64,000 bases of DNA, taken from the NCBI RefSeq assembly GCF_009914755.1, contig NC_060931.1; one strand, 5' to 3'. This document shows, piece after piece, positions 45,467 to 63,000 of this stretch. The DNA comes from the human T2T-CHM13v2.0 reference genome, Homo sapiens. Both the position numbers and the translations under genes were made by a program. Below the pieces are notes generated by a model. It was not told the DNA's origin and searched no databases. It worked only from the letters and a program-made list of their open reading frames with translations. Every line of letters begins with the position of its first letter. The first letter of the stretch is position 1.

Positions 45467-45890
45467 TGTCTTAGCATAAATTGCCTCAAAAATAGACTAC
45501 TGTAAGACAAGACTGGAGAGAGGGTAGTTCTGGGGGAGGTGACCCCAGAAGATCTGGTATGGGAATGAGAAAGTAATATAAGAAAGAGAAAGACACCAAT
45601 ATAAGGTGCATTAATTAGCATACTAATCCTGCAGGCAATTTTGGCTTAATCACAATTGGCATCTTTGGTAGATTATGTAGAACATACCTAAGAGTTAACC
45701 TACAAAAATGGTAAGGGAGCTGGAGTATTTATCCATCTATTTCCATTCCTTCTTTGCTGAGAGCTGCTCTTGAGGGCATCACTACAATAGTGCTTCTGCT
45801 ATTTTCTGTGCATGTTCCTGTAGTTAGAGAAAGCCCCTATTAACAGAGTCACAGGAGCCTGCAAGAAGTAGCCATCTAATTGTACAGAAA
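45467..45890. mobile_element. Old ERVL LTR (LTR16/LTR33-like)
   Basis: gggaggtgaccccagaag and agctggagtatttatccatc motifs. Confidence 0.5.
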
Positions 45891-45918
45891 CTGACAAAAC
45901 CTGCTACACAATCCTTCC

Positions 45919-45921
<3 letters not shown>

Positions 45922-45965
<44 letters not shown>
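45922..45965. repeat. (AT)22 microsatellite
   Basis: Counted directly. Confidence 0.95.
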
Positions 45966-45968
<3 letters not shown>

Positions 45969-46132
45969 AAAAACCCAAAATGGGAAAAAAGGAGAAAAGC
46001 CCCACATATGAAACATTTTATACATAGGGTAAAAATAACTAGATACTTATATTAAAGAGGGTATATTTCTGCCTCTGGAAACATAGACTAAACATATTTT
46101 TCCCTATTTTACCTGTGAAGTACAGCTGGGCA

Positions 46133-46134
<2 letters not shown>

Positions 46135-46180
<46 letters not shown>
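46135..46180. repeat. (AT)23 microsatellite
   Basis: Counted directly. Confidence 0.95.
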
Positions 46181-46184
<4 letters not shown>

Positions 46185-47187
46185 ATCAATCATGGGAAGA
46201 CCCTGGAGAGTGGAGAGCAGGCAGACAAATGAGCCAGGGACTTCCCAAGGAACAACACAGCAGAGAGTTTTATTACCTCACATATTCCAGATCGGGTGCT
46301 GGGAAAGCTGGCAAATGAAAATTTCGATAAGGGCAGACAAAAGAACCCCAAGAATAGCCACGCTACTTTCTTTACCAAAGGATGCAATAGGTCATCCTAA
46401 CAAGACAGAAAACTTAGACAAGAACTTCTCCATTCCAGCCAAACACCACAGAAGAAACTGCAGTCCCACTCACATCCTAGCCAGAAAAGTTAGGGTAGGG
46501 AGGCAAATGCAATGAAGTATCCTATCCCCTGCTAGGATGGTGTCAGAGAAGGCAGAGTGGAAGCCAGAAATTTCGTAACTGCCCAGCAGTCACAATGTTC
46601 CTCCTCTCTGCACCAAGTCGGTGATGATTCCATTATGAGACTGAATTTTCATACCTACTGAGTTGTAAGAGGATGCCCCTATCCTTCCCTGCAGGGGTGG
46701 CATCAGAGGAGGCTTAGTGGCGATGAAGACTTTGTCACCATACACAGTGCCTCCAGAGGCTACATCAGGACTAGTAAGATCATTCCTGTCCCTTCAAGTC
46801 AAAGTAGTATTAGCACAGACCTAGTGGAAAGCCAGAGCTCCCAACCCCAGCTAAGTGTAGTGAAGGGTCCCTCACCCACTGGTGTCAACAGAGGTCAAGT
46901 CACAAACCTGGACTTTCACCTCAACCTGGAAATACTAAGATAATGTTTCTCTTTATTCACTAAAATGGTGTCAGAGGAGACCTTCTGTGATCAAAGGTTT
47001 AAGAAAAATTAAGAGTCTCAAAACATAATACACATTTCAACTGACAATCACTAATTTTACTAAGACTCAAGAAAATCACCACTTAAATAAGAACAGACAT
47101 TGACAGATGCCAAAACTCAGAAGACACAGGTCTTATAATTATCTAGCAAGAAATTTAAATGCCCATAATAAAACATGCTTCCTTAAG

Positions 47188-48156
47188 TGTAGGGACCAGC
47201 CCTACGGGGCTTTGCAGGTGTTCTCTTCGTGTGCAGAGATGAGAGACTGCAAGAAATAAAGACACAAGACAAAGAGATAAAGAGAAAACGCTGGGCCTGG
47301 GGGACCACTACCACCAAGATGCGGAGACCAGTAGTGGCCCCAAATGGCTGGGCACACTGATATTTATTGAATACAAGACAAGGGGGCAGGGTAAGGCGGG
47401 TGAGTTGTCCAAGTGATTGATAAGGTCAAGCAAATCACGTGATCATGGGACAAGGGGCCCTTCCCTTTTAGGTAGCCGAAGCAGAGAGGAAAGGCAGCAT
47501 ACGTCAGCATTTTCTTCTATGCACTTATAAGAAAGATCAAAGACTTTAAGATTTTCACTATTTCTTCTACTGCTGTCTACTAAGAACTTCAAGGAGGAAC
47601 CAGGAGTACAGGAGGAACATAAAAGTGGACAAGGAGCGTGACTACTGAAGCACAGCACCACAGGGAGGGGTTTAGGCCTCCGGATGACTGTGGGCAGGTG
47701 TGGATAATATCTAGCCTCCCACAATAAGCTGATGGAGCAGAGAGATACATGACTACCTGCAAGGAAAGGGAGACTCCCTTTCGCGGTCTGCTAAGTAACA
47801 GGTGCCTTCCCAGGCACTGGCATTACCGCTTGACTAAGGAGCTGTCAAGCGGCCCTTATGCAGGAGTGACAGAGGGCTCACCTTTTGCCTTCTAGGTCAC
47901 TTCTCACAAATGTCCCTTCAGCACCGGACCCTATACCTGCCAGTTATTCCTAGGTTATATTAGTAATGCAACAAAGAGTCATATTAAAAGCTAATGATTA
48001 ATAATGTTTATACTAATGATTGATAATTGTCCATGATCATCTCTATATCTAATTTGTTTTATAACTATTCTTTATTCTAACTATTTTCTTTATTATACTG
48101 CAACAGTTTGTGCCTCCAGTCTCTTGCCTCGGCACCTGGGTAATCCTTCGCCTGCA
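47188..48156 (-). mobile_element. LTR13A solo LTR (HERV-K13/HML-4 group)
   Basis: Minus strand begins tgcaggcgaaggattacccaggtgccgaggcaagagac and ends ggctggtccctaca; ~970 bp. Confidence 0.85.
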
Positions 48157-48607
48157 AACAAGCAATTACAAATATCCTTGAAATAAAAGGAAAAATGTTA
48201 AATCTATACACAGAAATAAAATATCTCAGCAAATAAATAGACTATTAAAGAAAAAACTAATGGAAATTTAAGAACAAAAAATATAGTAATTAAAATAAAC
48301 TACTCAATAGATGTGGTTAGAATGAAAGCACAGAGAAAAGAAATAGTGAACTTGAAAATACAATAATAGAAGTTACCCACTGTGAATATCAGAGAGAAAA
48401 TAGACTGAAAAAAATGAACAAAGTCTCCACTAAGTGTGGAACTATAACAAAATATGTAACATCAGATTTGTGTCATCAAAATCCCAAAAAGATAGAAGAG
48501 AATATGACTAAAAAACTTTTGAGAACTAATGGCTAAAATGTTTCTATATTTAGCAAAAGACTCATTAAAATATACAAAACATAATTGTCAGATTCACCAA
48601 AGTTGAA

Positions 48608-48949
48608 ATGAAGGAAAAAATGTTAAGGGCAGCCAGAGAGAAAGGTCGGGTTACCCTCAAAGGAAAGCCCATCAGACTAACAGCGGATCTCTCGGCAGAA
48701 ACCCTACAAGCCAGAAGAGAGTGGGGGCCAATATTCAACATTCTTAAAGAAAAGAATTTTCAACCCAGAATTTCATATCCAGCCAAACTAAGCTTCATAA
48801 GTGAAGGAGAAATAAAATACTTTATAGACAAGCAAATGCTGAGAGATTTTGTCACCACCAGGCCTGCCCTAAAAGAGCTCCTGAAGGAAGAGCTAAACAT
48901 GGAAAGGAACAACCGGTACCAGCCGCTGCAAAATCATGCCAAAATGTAA
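48608..48949 (+). CDS. ORF1: C-terminal remnant of L1 ORF1p (M226-M338, 113 aa)
   Basis: REKG, ARR and YPAKLS motifs present; coiled coil and most of the RRM lost by truncation. Confidence 0.85.
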   Translation: MKEKMLRAAREKGRVTLKGKPIRLTADLSAETLQARREWGPIFNILKEKNFQPRISYPAKLSFISEGEIKYFIDKQMLRDFVTTRPALKELLKEELNMERNNRYQPLQNHAKM

Positions 48950-48988
48950 AGACCATCGAGACTAGGAAGAAACTGCATCAACTAATGA

Positions 48989-52840
<3,852 letters not shown>

Positions 52841-54661
52841 ACAATGAGATCACATGGACACAGGAAGGGGAATATCACACTCTGGGGACTGTGGTGGGGT
52901 CGGGGGAGGGGGGAGGGATAGCATTGGGAGATATACCTAATGCTAGATGACACGTTAGTGGGTGCAGCGCACCAGCATGGCACATGTATACATATGTAAC
53001 TAACCTGCACAATGTGCACATGTACCCTAAAACTTAGAGTATAATAAAAAAAAAAAATTTAAAAAAAAAAATATATATATACAAAACGATGAGTGGACCA
53101 CATATAAGATAAATTCAAGAAATCCACAGCAAGACACCTCATAATCTTCTGAAAACTAAGGGGAATTAAAAAATGTTGAGAGAAGGAGGAAATTAGACCT
53201 CAATATTTATGTTTGAATGACAGCAAATTTCTCATTGGAAACCAGGAAGGCCAGAAGGAAGGGACACAACAGTTTTCGAGTACCAATAGAAAAAATCTGC
53301 CAACCCAGAATTCTATATCCACGAAAATGTTTTGCAAAAACAAAGAGAGAATCAAGAAATTCTCAAAAAAAAAAAGGAATTTGTCATCAGCATACCTACA
53401 TTAAAAAGATGGTTGACCAAAGTTCTCTGAAGATAAAGGAAAATAAAATGAAACAAATTTTGGAACACCAAGAAAGAAAAAAAAAAAACTATTTGTGAAT
53501 TTCAACCATAGGGGAAATTTGGAGAGATACACAAATCCAGAGAGTAATAGCTAAGGTCAGCTTACCTGAAGCAGAAGCCACTGGAACCCTAAACTAGTAA
53601 GAACACCAAAATTGTAATATTGACCAATTTCTGGGGACTGATTTTGGACTTAGCATGAAAATGAAAAGCTCCAAATGCTGCAGTTTTAGGGTACACCTAC
53701 ATACCTTTGAGAATTTTGAATCCAGGAACCCCAATAAATTTAACAGTGAAGAGCCAAGAAAGACTCCCCAGTTGGCTCTGACAAAGAGATAGAATAAAGT
53801 AACTACTATTAAATATACCCAGAACATTATCCACAACATTGTCAAAACTGTTTCCCATCAGGGAAAAGGGCATTTCCCTAACTTCAGCCTGTTCAAGCCT
53901 TCCTATCTCACCTAGCAGATGTAGGAGCAGCATTTTTTTATAGTAACAACCCAAGGACACAGACTCACTGAAACATGAAGATTTAATTATAACATTACAG
54001 CATGTTTCCCTTCTCAACATTTTACCACACCAATAATAGGGTTTCAGTATAAAAAACAGAATATCACAGCTGCCAGACACCTATTCTTCATGGTGAGAAG
54101 TACTGAGAGAAGCCCAAAGAAGATAAGGGCAATTTTTTAAAAAAGATACTAGAGGAATTAGAAGCTGCTGACAACTACAGCTGAAGCAAACATTAAACAC
54201 ATCCCAACTTCTAGCGGATTAACATAAAACTTTACATTAAAAGCCTTCGTACCTCAGTTCTGATTGCCCAAGAAAATTCTTTTGAAGAAAAAATTATGAA
54301 ACAGACTAAGAGGTAAGAAAAAAACAGACAGCCTAATTAAAAATGTAAGTGTCAAAAAAATTCAAATGTAATACAGATTTTAGAGTTATCAGACAGGGAA
54401 TTAAAAATAGCTATGGTTATATTTTAAAGGTTTTAATGGAAAAAGCAGATAAAATTTAAATATAGATGAGTAACATATACAGAGAGACAAAAACTCTAAG
54501 GTAGATACAATTCAACTTTATCAATAACTTTGAATATGAATGATCTAAATATATCAATTGAAACATGGAATTTGTCAGAGAATTTATTTTTTTTTAAAAA
54601 AAAGACAGGACCCAACAATTTGTGGCCTACAAAAACACCCATTTTAAATATAAGAATTCAG

Positions 54662-57600
54662 TTTTATGCCAAAAATGGCAAATAGGAGTCAGGGCTAATT
54701 TGCAGCTCCCACTTGGATGGACAGAGCAGCATGTGGAGATCCATATCATGAACTATTGCTCCAAGAACTACCACAGGGATGTATCAGGAAAGCTGAGAGA
54801 ATCCACAGACCCTTTGAAGGAGGTAGACTGCCACCGCAGGCTCCGCAGGACAGTGAGACTCACATAACTGTGAGTCTGCTTGCTTTCTCAGCCAGGAGGC
54901 TTGTAGTCTGGGGCAAGTTCCCAGCCCAGCTCATTGGCTACCTGGAAATAAACTTGGTGCTGTTGAGGGGGCACAGTCGGGATGAGACCAGCCTTTTGGG
55001 CTGCAGGCTCCGTGGGAGCTAGGTGAGGGCTGTGGCTGCTTGCTTTCCCCCAACTTCCCTACCTGTGTGATGCAACAGAAATAGCCGTAATCCCCCTGGG
55101 AACATAACTCCATTGGTCTGGAACCACACCCTCATGCCTCACAGCAGCCACAGCAAGCCCCTTCCAAGGAATTTGAGCTCAGACATGCCTAACCCTGCCC
55201 CTAACTGATGGCCTTTCTCTACCAGCCCAGATAGCCAAAGACAAAGGACATAAACTCTTGGAAGATCTGTGGGCCCACCCACCACCAGATTCTCCCTATA
55301 AGACCACACCTGATGCACTCTTGAAAGTGCATCCTGGTTGGAGGCCAATGAACACAAAACCAGTACACTTAACAAAAATACAACCAAGACCCTCACAGAG
55401 TCAGTCTACTCCACTCTCCTGCTACCTGCACTGGAATAGGTGCTGGTATCCACTGCAGAGAGACCTAAAGATGGATCACATCACAGGACCCTTTGCAGAC
55501 ACTCCCCTGTACCAGCCCACAGCCTGGTAGCTCTGCTGGGTGGCCACATCCAGAGGGAAATTATCACAGGAAGCCCCATCCCAAAGGGAAAGGGGAGAGC
55601 ATCACATCAAGGGAGCAGCCCTGCGGAAAAAAGAATCTGAACAGCAGCCCATGAGTCCCAGATCTTCCTTCTGACATAGTCCACCCAATTGAGAAGGAAC
55701 CAGAAAAACAATTGTGGTAATAGGACAAAACGATGTTTTTTACCACCTGTAAAAATCACACTACCTCACCAGCAATGGATCCAAACCAATACAAAATCTC
55801 TGAATTGCCAGAAAAACAATTTGGAAGGTCGATTATTAAGCCATTCAAGGACGCACTAGAAAAAGTTGAAACCCAGCTTAAAGAAATTAAAAACATGATA
55901 CAGGATATGAGTAGAAAAATCTCCAGTAAAATAGATAGAATAAATAAAAAGCAATCACAATGTCTGGAAATCAAGGACACACTTAGAGAAATGGAAAATG
56001 CACTGGAAAATCTCAGCAATAGAACTGAACAAGTAGAAGAAAGAACTTCAGAGCTCAAAGACAAGGCACTCAAATTAACCTCATCCAACAAAGACAAAGC
56101 AAAAATCATTTTAAACAATGAAAAAAGCCTCCAAGAAGTTTGGGATTATGTTAAATGGCCAAACCTAAGAATAATTAGTGATCCTGAGTAAGAAGAGAAA
56201 TCTAAAAGTTTGGAAAACATATTTAAGGGAATAATTGAAGAAAACTTCCCCAGTCTTGTTAGAGATCTGGATATTCAAAAACAAGAAACTCAACCAACAC
56301 CTGGGAGTCATCAGGTTATCTAAAGTCAAGATGAAGGAAAGAATCTTAAGATGCTTTTGCACATCTGGTAACCTATAAATGAAAACCTATCAGATTAACA
56401 GCAGATTTCTCAGCAGAAACCATACAATCCAGAAGGAATTGGGGTCCTACCTTCAGCCTTCTGAAACAAAATAATTATCAGCAAAGAATTTTGTATCCAG
56501 CGAAATTAAGCAATGTAAATGAAGAAAAAATATAGTTTTTTTCAGATGAACAAATGCTGAGAGAATTCATCACTACCAAGCCAGCACTACAAGAACTGCT
56601 AAAAGGAGCTCTAAATCTTGAAACTAATCTTTGAAATACACCAAAAAAGAATCTCCTTAACATATAAATCTCACAGGATCTATAAAACAACAGCACAATA
56701 GAAAAGTATGCAGGCAACAAATAGCATGATAAATAGAATAGTACCTCATATCTCAATACTAACACTGACTGTAAATGGCCTAAATACTCCACTAAAAAGA
56801 TACAGAATGGCAGGATGGATAAGAACTCACCAACCAAGTATCTGTTGTCTTTAGGAGACTCACTGGACACATAAGGACTCACACAAACTTAAGGTAAAGG
56901 GGTGGAAAAAGATATTTCATGCAAATGGACACCAAAAGCAAGCAGGAGTAGCTATTCTTATATCAGAAAAAATAAACTTTAAAGCAACAGCAGTTTAAAA
57001 AGACAAAGAGGAGCATCATATCATGATGAAAGGAGGAGTCCAACAGGAAGCTATCACAATCCTAAATATATATGCACCTAACATTGGAGCTGCTAAATTT
57101 ATAAAACAATTACTATTAGACCTAAGAAATGAGATAGCAACACAATAATAGTGGGGAACTTCTATACTTCACTGACAGCACTAGACAGGTCATAAAGACA
57201 GAAAGACCTATAGCCTTGAACAAATGTATGTAACAGGTATTTACAGAAGATTCTACCCAACAACTGTAGAATATACATTCTATTCATCAGCACATGGAAT
57301 ATTCTCCAAGACAGACCATATGATCGGCCACAAGATATGTCTCAACAAATTTAAGAAAATCAAAATTATATCAAGCACTCTTTCAGACCACTGTGGAATA
57401 AAATTGGAAATTAACTTCAAAAGGAACCCTCAAAACCATGCAAATTCATGGAAATTAAATAACCTACCCCCGAATGATCATTGGGTCAACAATGAAATCA
57501 AGATGGAAATTTAAAAATTCTTTGAACTGAATGATCTTAGTGACACAATCTATCAAAACCTCTGAGATACAGCAAAGGCGGTGCTGAGAGGAAAGTTTAT

Positions 57601-58438
57601 AGCACTAAATGGCTACATCAAAAAGTCTGAAACAGCACAAATAGACAATCTAAGGTCACACCTCAAGGAGCTAGAGAAACAAGAACAAACAAACCCAAAC
57701 CCAGCAGAAGAAAAGAAATAACCAAGATCAGAGCAGAACTAAATGAAATTGAAACAAAAAGAATACAAAAGATAAGTGAAACCAAAAGCTAGTTCTACGA
57801 AAAGATAAATACAATTGATAGACCATTAGCGAGATTAACCAAGAAGAGAGAAGATCCAAATAAGCTCAATTATAAATGAGACAAGAAATCTTACAGCCAA
57901 TACCACAGAAATACAAAAGATTATTCAAGACTACCATGAACACCTTTATGCCCATAAACTAGAAAACTTAGACAAGATGGATAAATTCCTGGAAATATAC
58001 AACCCTCCTAAATTAAACCAGGAAGAAATTAAAAACTCTGAACAGACCAATAACAAACAGTGAGATTAAAATGGTAATTAAAAAGTTACCAACAACAACA
58101 AAAAATCTGGGACCAGCTGGATTGACAGCTGAATTCTATCATTCAAAAAAGAATTGGCACCAATCCTATTGATACTATTCCAAGAGATAAAGAAAGATGG
58201 AATCCTCCCTAAGTCACTCTATGAAGCCAGTATCACCTTAACAGCAAAACCGGGAAAGGACATAACAACAAAAGAAAACTACACATCAATATCCCTGATG
58301 AACATAGATGCAAAAATCCTCAAAAAAATCATGCTGCACATGCGTGTTTACAGCAGCACAATTCACACTTGCAAAAATATGGAGCAAGCCCAAATGCCCA
58401 TGAATCAACAACTAGATAAGGAAAATGTCATAGATGGG

Positions 58439-58478
<40 letters not shown>

Positions 58479-58860
58479 CAGATAGACTCAACCATAAAAG
58501 GAAACAAAATAATGGCATTTGCAGCAACCTGTATGGAATTGGAGACCATTATTCTAACCGAAGTAACTCAGGAACAGAAAACCAAACATTGTACATTCTC
58601 CCTCTCAAGTGGAATCTAGGCTATGAGGATGCAAGGGCAGAATACTGATACAATGGACTTTGAGGACTCAGAGGAAAGGGTGGGAGGGGGGTGAGAAATA
58701 AAAGACTACACATTGAGTACAGTGACACTGTTTGGGTGATGGGTGCGCCAAAATCTCAGAAATCACCACTAAAGAACTTATCTATGTAACCAAACACCAC
58801 CTGTTGCCCAAAAACCTATTGAAATAAAAAATAAAAATTAAAAATACATATATATATATA
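54662..58860 (+). mobile_element. L1PB1-like element with both ends and a large internal ORF2 deletion
   Basis: 5'UTR, ORF1 remnant (55733-56191), EN remnant (57224-57514), PB-type 3'UTR; TSD gaattcag (54654-54661, 58866-58873). Confidence 0.88.
58441..58484. repeat. (GATA)9 GACA GATA tetranucleotide STR
   Basis: Counted directly. Confidence 0.95.
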
Positions 58861-59527
58861 TATATGAATTCAGATTAAAGGTAAGGGGATAGAAGGAGAT
58901 AGACCTAATCAAAAAAAGCTAAAGTTATATTAACACTAATTTTAGAACTAGCATTTTAACATTAATTTAAACAATCTGAAGTTATGTTAATTTCAAACAA
59001 AGTAGAACAGGAAAAAATGTCAGAAGTTAAATGGGACATCATATTATAATAAAGGGGTCAATTCTGCAGGAAGATATAACAATTCTTACTGTGTATATAC
59101 ATTGTTAAATGTATCATAGTGTCAAAAAACATGAGGCAAAAACTGGTAAGACTGTAAAGATAGACAAACAACTATTATATTTGGAAATTTCAGTATCCCT
59201 CTGTCAGAAAATGATTGATCAATTGGACATCTACAGACTAAATAACAAATAAACCTATGCATAGTTCTTACACACTTTCATACACACACACACACACCTT
59301 CCATAAGATAACATAGGAAAATGTTTAGGTGACTTTGTTGGTTTGGAGATAACTTTTGAGATAAACCATGGAAAGCATAATTCAGGAAAAAATAGTAAGC
59401 TGTACTCTATTAAAATTAAAAACTTCAATTCTGCAAAAGTCACTGTTAAGAAAATGAAGAGACAGGCCACATACTGAAAGAAAATACTTGCAAAATGTAT
59501 CTGATAAAAGACTTTATCCAAAATATA

Positions 59528-60239
59528 CAGTAGTTTTTCTTATCTGTGGTTTTTCCTTCCATGGTTTTCCTACCCACAGTCAACCACAGTCCAAAAACAA
59601 TAAATAAAAAATTTTAGAAATAATTCAGAAGTTTTAAATTGCATACCATTCTGAATAGTATGATAAAATCTCATGTTTTTCCTGTTTTATCCCACCTGGG
59701 ATATGAATCATTCCCTTGTCGAGCATATCCACCATGTATACACACCCACCTGTTAGTTACTGGCATCATCTGCTCTGTTGGATGTCAGACACTGACATCC
59801 AACCATTGACATTGTCATGGCTTGGTGATCTAAGATCACCCAAACAAATCATCCTCCTTCTGACGTATTGTCAAAAGGCCAATAGTAGCCCAATGCTACA
59901 TCACAATGTCTGCTTAATTTACCTCACCTCATCTCATCACATAGGCATTTTATCATCTCACAACATCACAAGTAGAAGAAGGATGCATACAGTACAATAA
60001 GCTATATTGAGTGAAAGAGTGAGAGAAAGACCATATTCACATAACTTATTACAGGAAATTTTTATAATTGTTCTATTTTATTATTAGTTATTGTTGTTAA
60101 TATTTTGCTGTGCCCAATCTATAAGTCAAATTTTAGCATAGGTATCGATGTATAGGAAAAAAATAGTATGTTATATGCAGTTTCAGGCATCCCCTGGGGA
60201 CCTTGGAATGTATCTCCTGCAGATAAGGGGGAACTACTT
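59528..60239. mobile_element. MER44 (Tigger7-derived TcMar) DNA transposon
   Basis: TIRs cagtagtttttcttatctgtgg and ctgcagataagggggaactact; TA TSD on both sides. Confidence 0.85.
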
Positions 60240-61109
60240 TACAAGGAATCCTTATAACTCACCAATGAGAAAACAAGTAACCTAATTAAAAAATGGGCAA
60301 ATGTTTTAATAAAAATCTCACTATAAAAGATATACGGAGGACAAATAAGCCTATGAAAAGATGTGTCACATTATTTGACATTAGAGAATTGCAAATTAAA
60401 TGGCAATGAGATCTCAGTACAAAACGTTTAGAACAACCAAAATCCAAAATTTCATGGTACCAAATGCTGTCAAGGATTCCAATCAACAAGAGCTCTTATG
60501 CTTTGCTGGTGGGAATCCAAATGGTACAATAATTTGGAAGACAGTTTGGCACTTTCTTGCAAACCTAAACATTGCCTTCATATACAATCCAGATACTGGG
60601 CTTCTGGGTAGTCAGTCAGCTGATTTAAAAACTTATGTCCACACAAAAACCTGAATCTGAATGTTGATAGTAGTTTTGTTCAAATGACCGAAAACTGGAA
60701 GCAACTGAGATATCCTTCAGCAGATAAATGGATAAAGAAACTGAGATACATACATATAATGCAACATTATTGTGCAATAAATAGAAATGAGCTATCAAGT
60801 CATAATGAGCTATCCAACTCTATTTTATAAATGAACTTTATGTATTGCTATGTGATAAAAAGCCAGCCTGAAATGCTACATCTGGATGATTCCAATTATA
60901 AGACATTCTGAAAAAAGCATAACTATAGCAATGCTAAACAATCAGTGGCTTCCAAGAGTTAAGATGGAGGTATGGAAGGTTGAAGAGCTGAAACATAGTA
61001 TGTATTAATATTTTTAGATAACACTGTTCTGTACATATTATAATTCTGCATACACGACACAATTCATTTGCCAAAATGTATATAACTTTACAAGTCTGAG
61101 TAGAAGTTA

Positions 61110-61760
61110 TTGAGGGGGAAAAAATGACTTCCCTCCACTCTCCTAGTTTATTTGGCTTTGTCAGTTAAATTGACATAAAACAGATTAACAACAGAAATAC
61201 TGTTTTAATTATGTACATTGATGTGGTTTGACTGTGTCCCCACCCAAATCTCCTCTTGAGTTCCCACATGTTGTGGGAGGGACCCAGTGGGTGATAACGG
61301 AATCATGGGGGCAAGTCTTTCCCGTATTATTCTTGTGATAGTGAATAAGCCTCACAAGATCTGATGGTTTTATAAAAGGGAGTTTGCTTGCACAAGCTCT
61401 CATTTTTTTTGCCTGCCATCATCCACCCTGGAGATGGAGACCCCATGATCCAAAAAGTTTATTCCCAGAGATAGACTAAGAAGTCAAAGACCTTTGTTGT
61501 CACAGTTGATAAGGAAAATGTTTGTGAGAATGATGGATTTTGTCTTCCACAGGCATGTGGGGTGCCTCCAGTCACTGGCCCGCTAATCTGCGACACTAGG
61601 CAGGCAGTTCTGGGACTGGAGTTTCCCATCACTGACCAAGCAATCAAAAGTTGAGATGACTAAGGGTCTTATGGAATAGTTCCTCTTATTATGACAAATT
61701 CCCCTGAGAGTAAGCACATTCAGACGAAATAATGCTACCTGTCACTTTGTGTCTTAGGCT
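61110..61760 (-). mobile_element. ERV1 LTR (MER67/MER31-like), interrupted by THE1
   Basis: tgagggggaaaaaatgacttccc...taaattgacataaaacagattaac; subfamily from memory. Confidence 0.5.
61219..61425 (+). mobile_element. THE1 LTR, 5' half only
   Basis: tgatgtggtttgactgtgtccccacccaaatctc; homologous to 9434-9640. Confidence 0.88.
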
Positions 61761-63000
61761 CCAGCCTATTTCAATGGCTGTATGTAAATTTACAAAACTA
61801 TTTGGGAGGTGAGTGGATTTCAGGATAGAATGCAGATTGTGGCAATCTAATGTCACTATAAATGTATGAAACAACTTCACTGAAGCAGGAGGGAAAAGAT
61901 GCTGACCTAAGTAACATTGGAAATAAGTGGAATCTCTAATATCAAAGGCAATAGAAACTGTACATAAGCACCAGTTAACAATTTTTATCCCATGATGGTA
62001 CTGGTGAGCAGCTTGGATACTTCTATACACAAATTGGAATTGAATGATTAAGGGAATGGATGGTAGATGATGAGAGAACCAGGCTACTTGCCATTGGAGT
62101 GGGAGTATGCAAATAAGCAGGGGGAGGTGGCAGAAATGGACTAATAGCATTGAGGACATCAGTGTAAACTTATAGTTAGTTTAATATACTACAGATAGTC
62201 ACATATATAAATTTTAGCTATATATGTATACACACAGGTTGGTATACCATGGATTTTCCTTGCTCCATCAGCTGAGAGAACCAGAAGCAAGGATACTGCT
62301 GTACTAATGAGCATACCAAGTACCCAGATCTTATTTACTAATACCATTTTGCAGCAGTAGACACCAAGGCCTCTCAGAGAAATGACAGATCTCTTTATTT
62401 ATGGGAAATACACAAGATCAGCCTGAAACATCTCATATTTCTAGAAAGTAAAGTTCTTACCTCACCCACAGAACAAACCTACGGTGATGAGGGCACGTCC
62501 AAGGGACACAGATGCCAACTGAAAGAGCGTACAATGGTCAAAACCGAAGGAATTTGACCACGAAATAAATAAAGCAGCATTGGATTATAACCCAAAGTAT
62601 AAAATAAATATCCATGAGTTCATACTAATATAAATAAAGGATTAAATAAATAAACAAATGTAGGGGAGAAGAAAAATCTCTTATGCAGAAGAAACAAACA
62701 TTATTTATGTAGATGCCTACCAAACTGTTAAAACATTACTCCCCACTCCCTAAGTGTGGGGTGTGTAGAGTGAAATTTCAAAAGAGTACAGTGTGGAAAA
62801 GAGAGAGAGAAAAAAAAGAGTAACTTTAAATCCACTTTGTTTGTGAACTCCCTAGTGAGTAAACGGTCTTTTCTCTCCCTAAAAATTTTTTTAAAAAGTA
62901 ACTTCAGAGCAATGAAATCTAACAAAACCTACCTCAGCCAGGTAATACGGGTCAATATCAAGAGTTACAGTTAATGCTAATCATGTTAATAGTATGTATC

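Larger units (their letters stand above)
46050..48580 (+). mobile_element. Old L1M 5'UTR and ORF1 (host of LTR13A and L1HS); resumes at 53088-53495
   Basis: ORF1-like sequence (aatagtgaacttgaaaatac; atggctaaaatgtttcta); downstream part MTANFSLETRKARR...CQPRILYP. Confidence 0.75.

Noticed and set aside
55733-58441. ORFs of 152, 96 and 95 aa resembling ORF1p/ORF2p
   Set aside because: Frameshifted and stop-interrupted remnants of a dead L1PB, not genes
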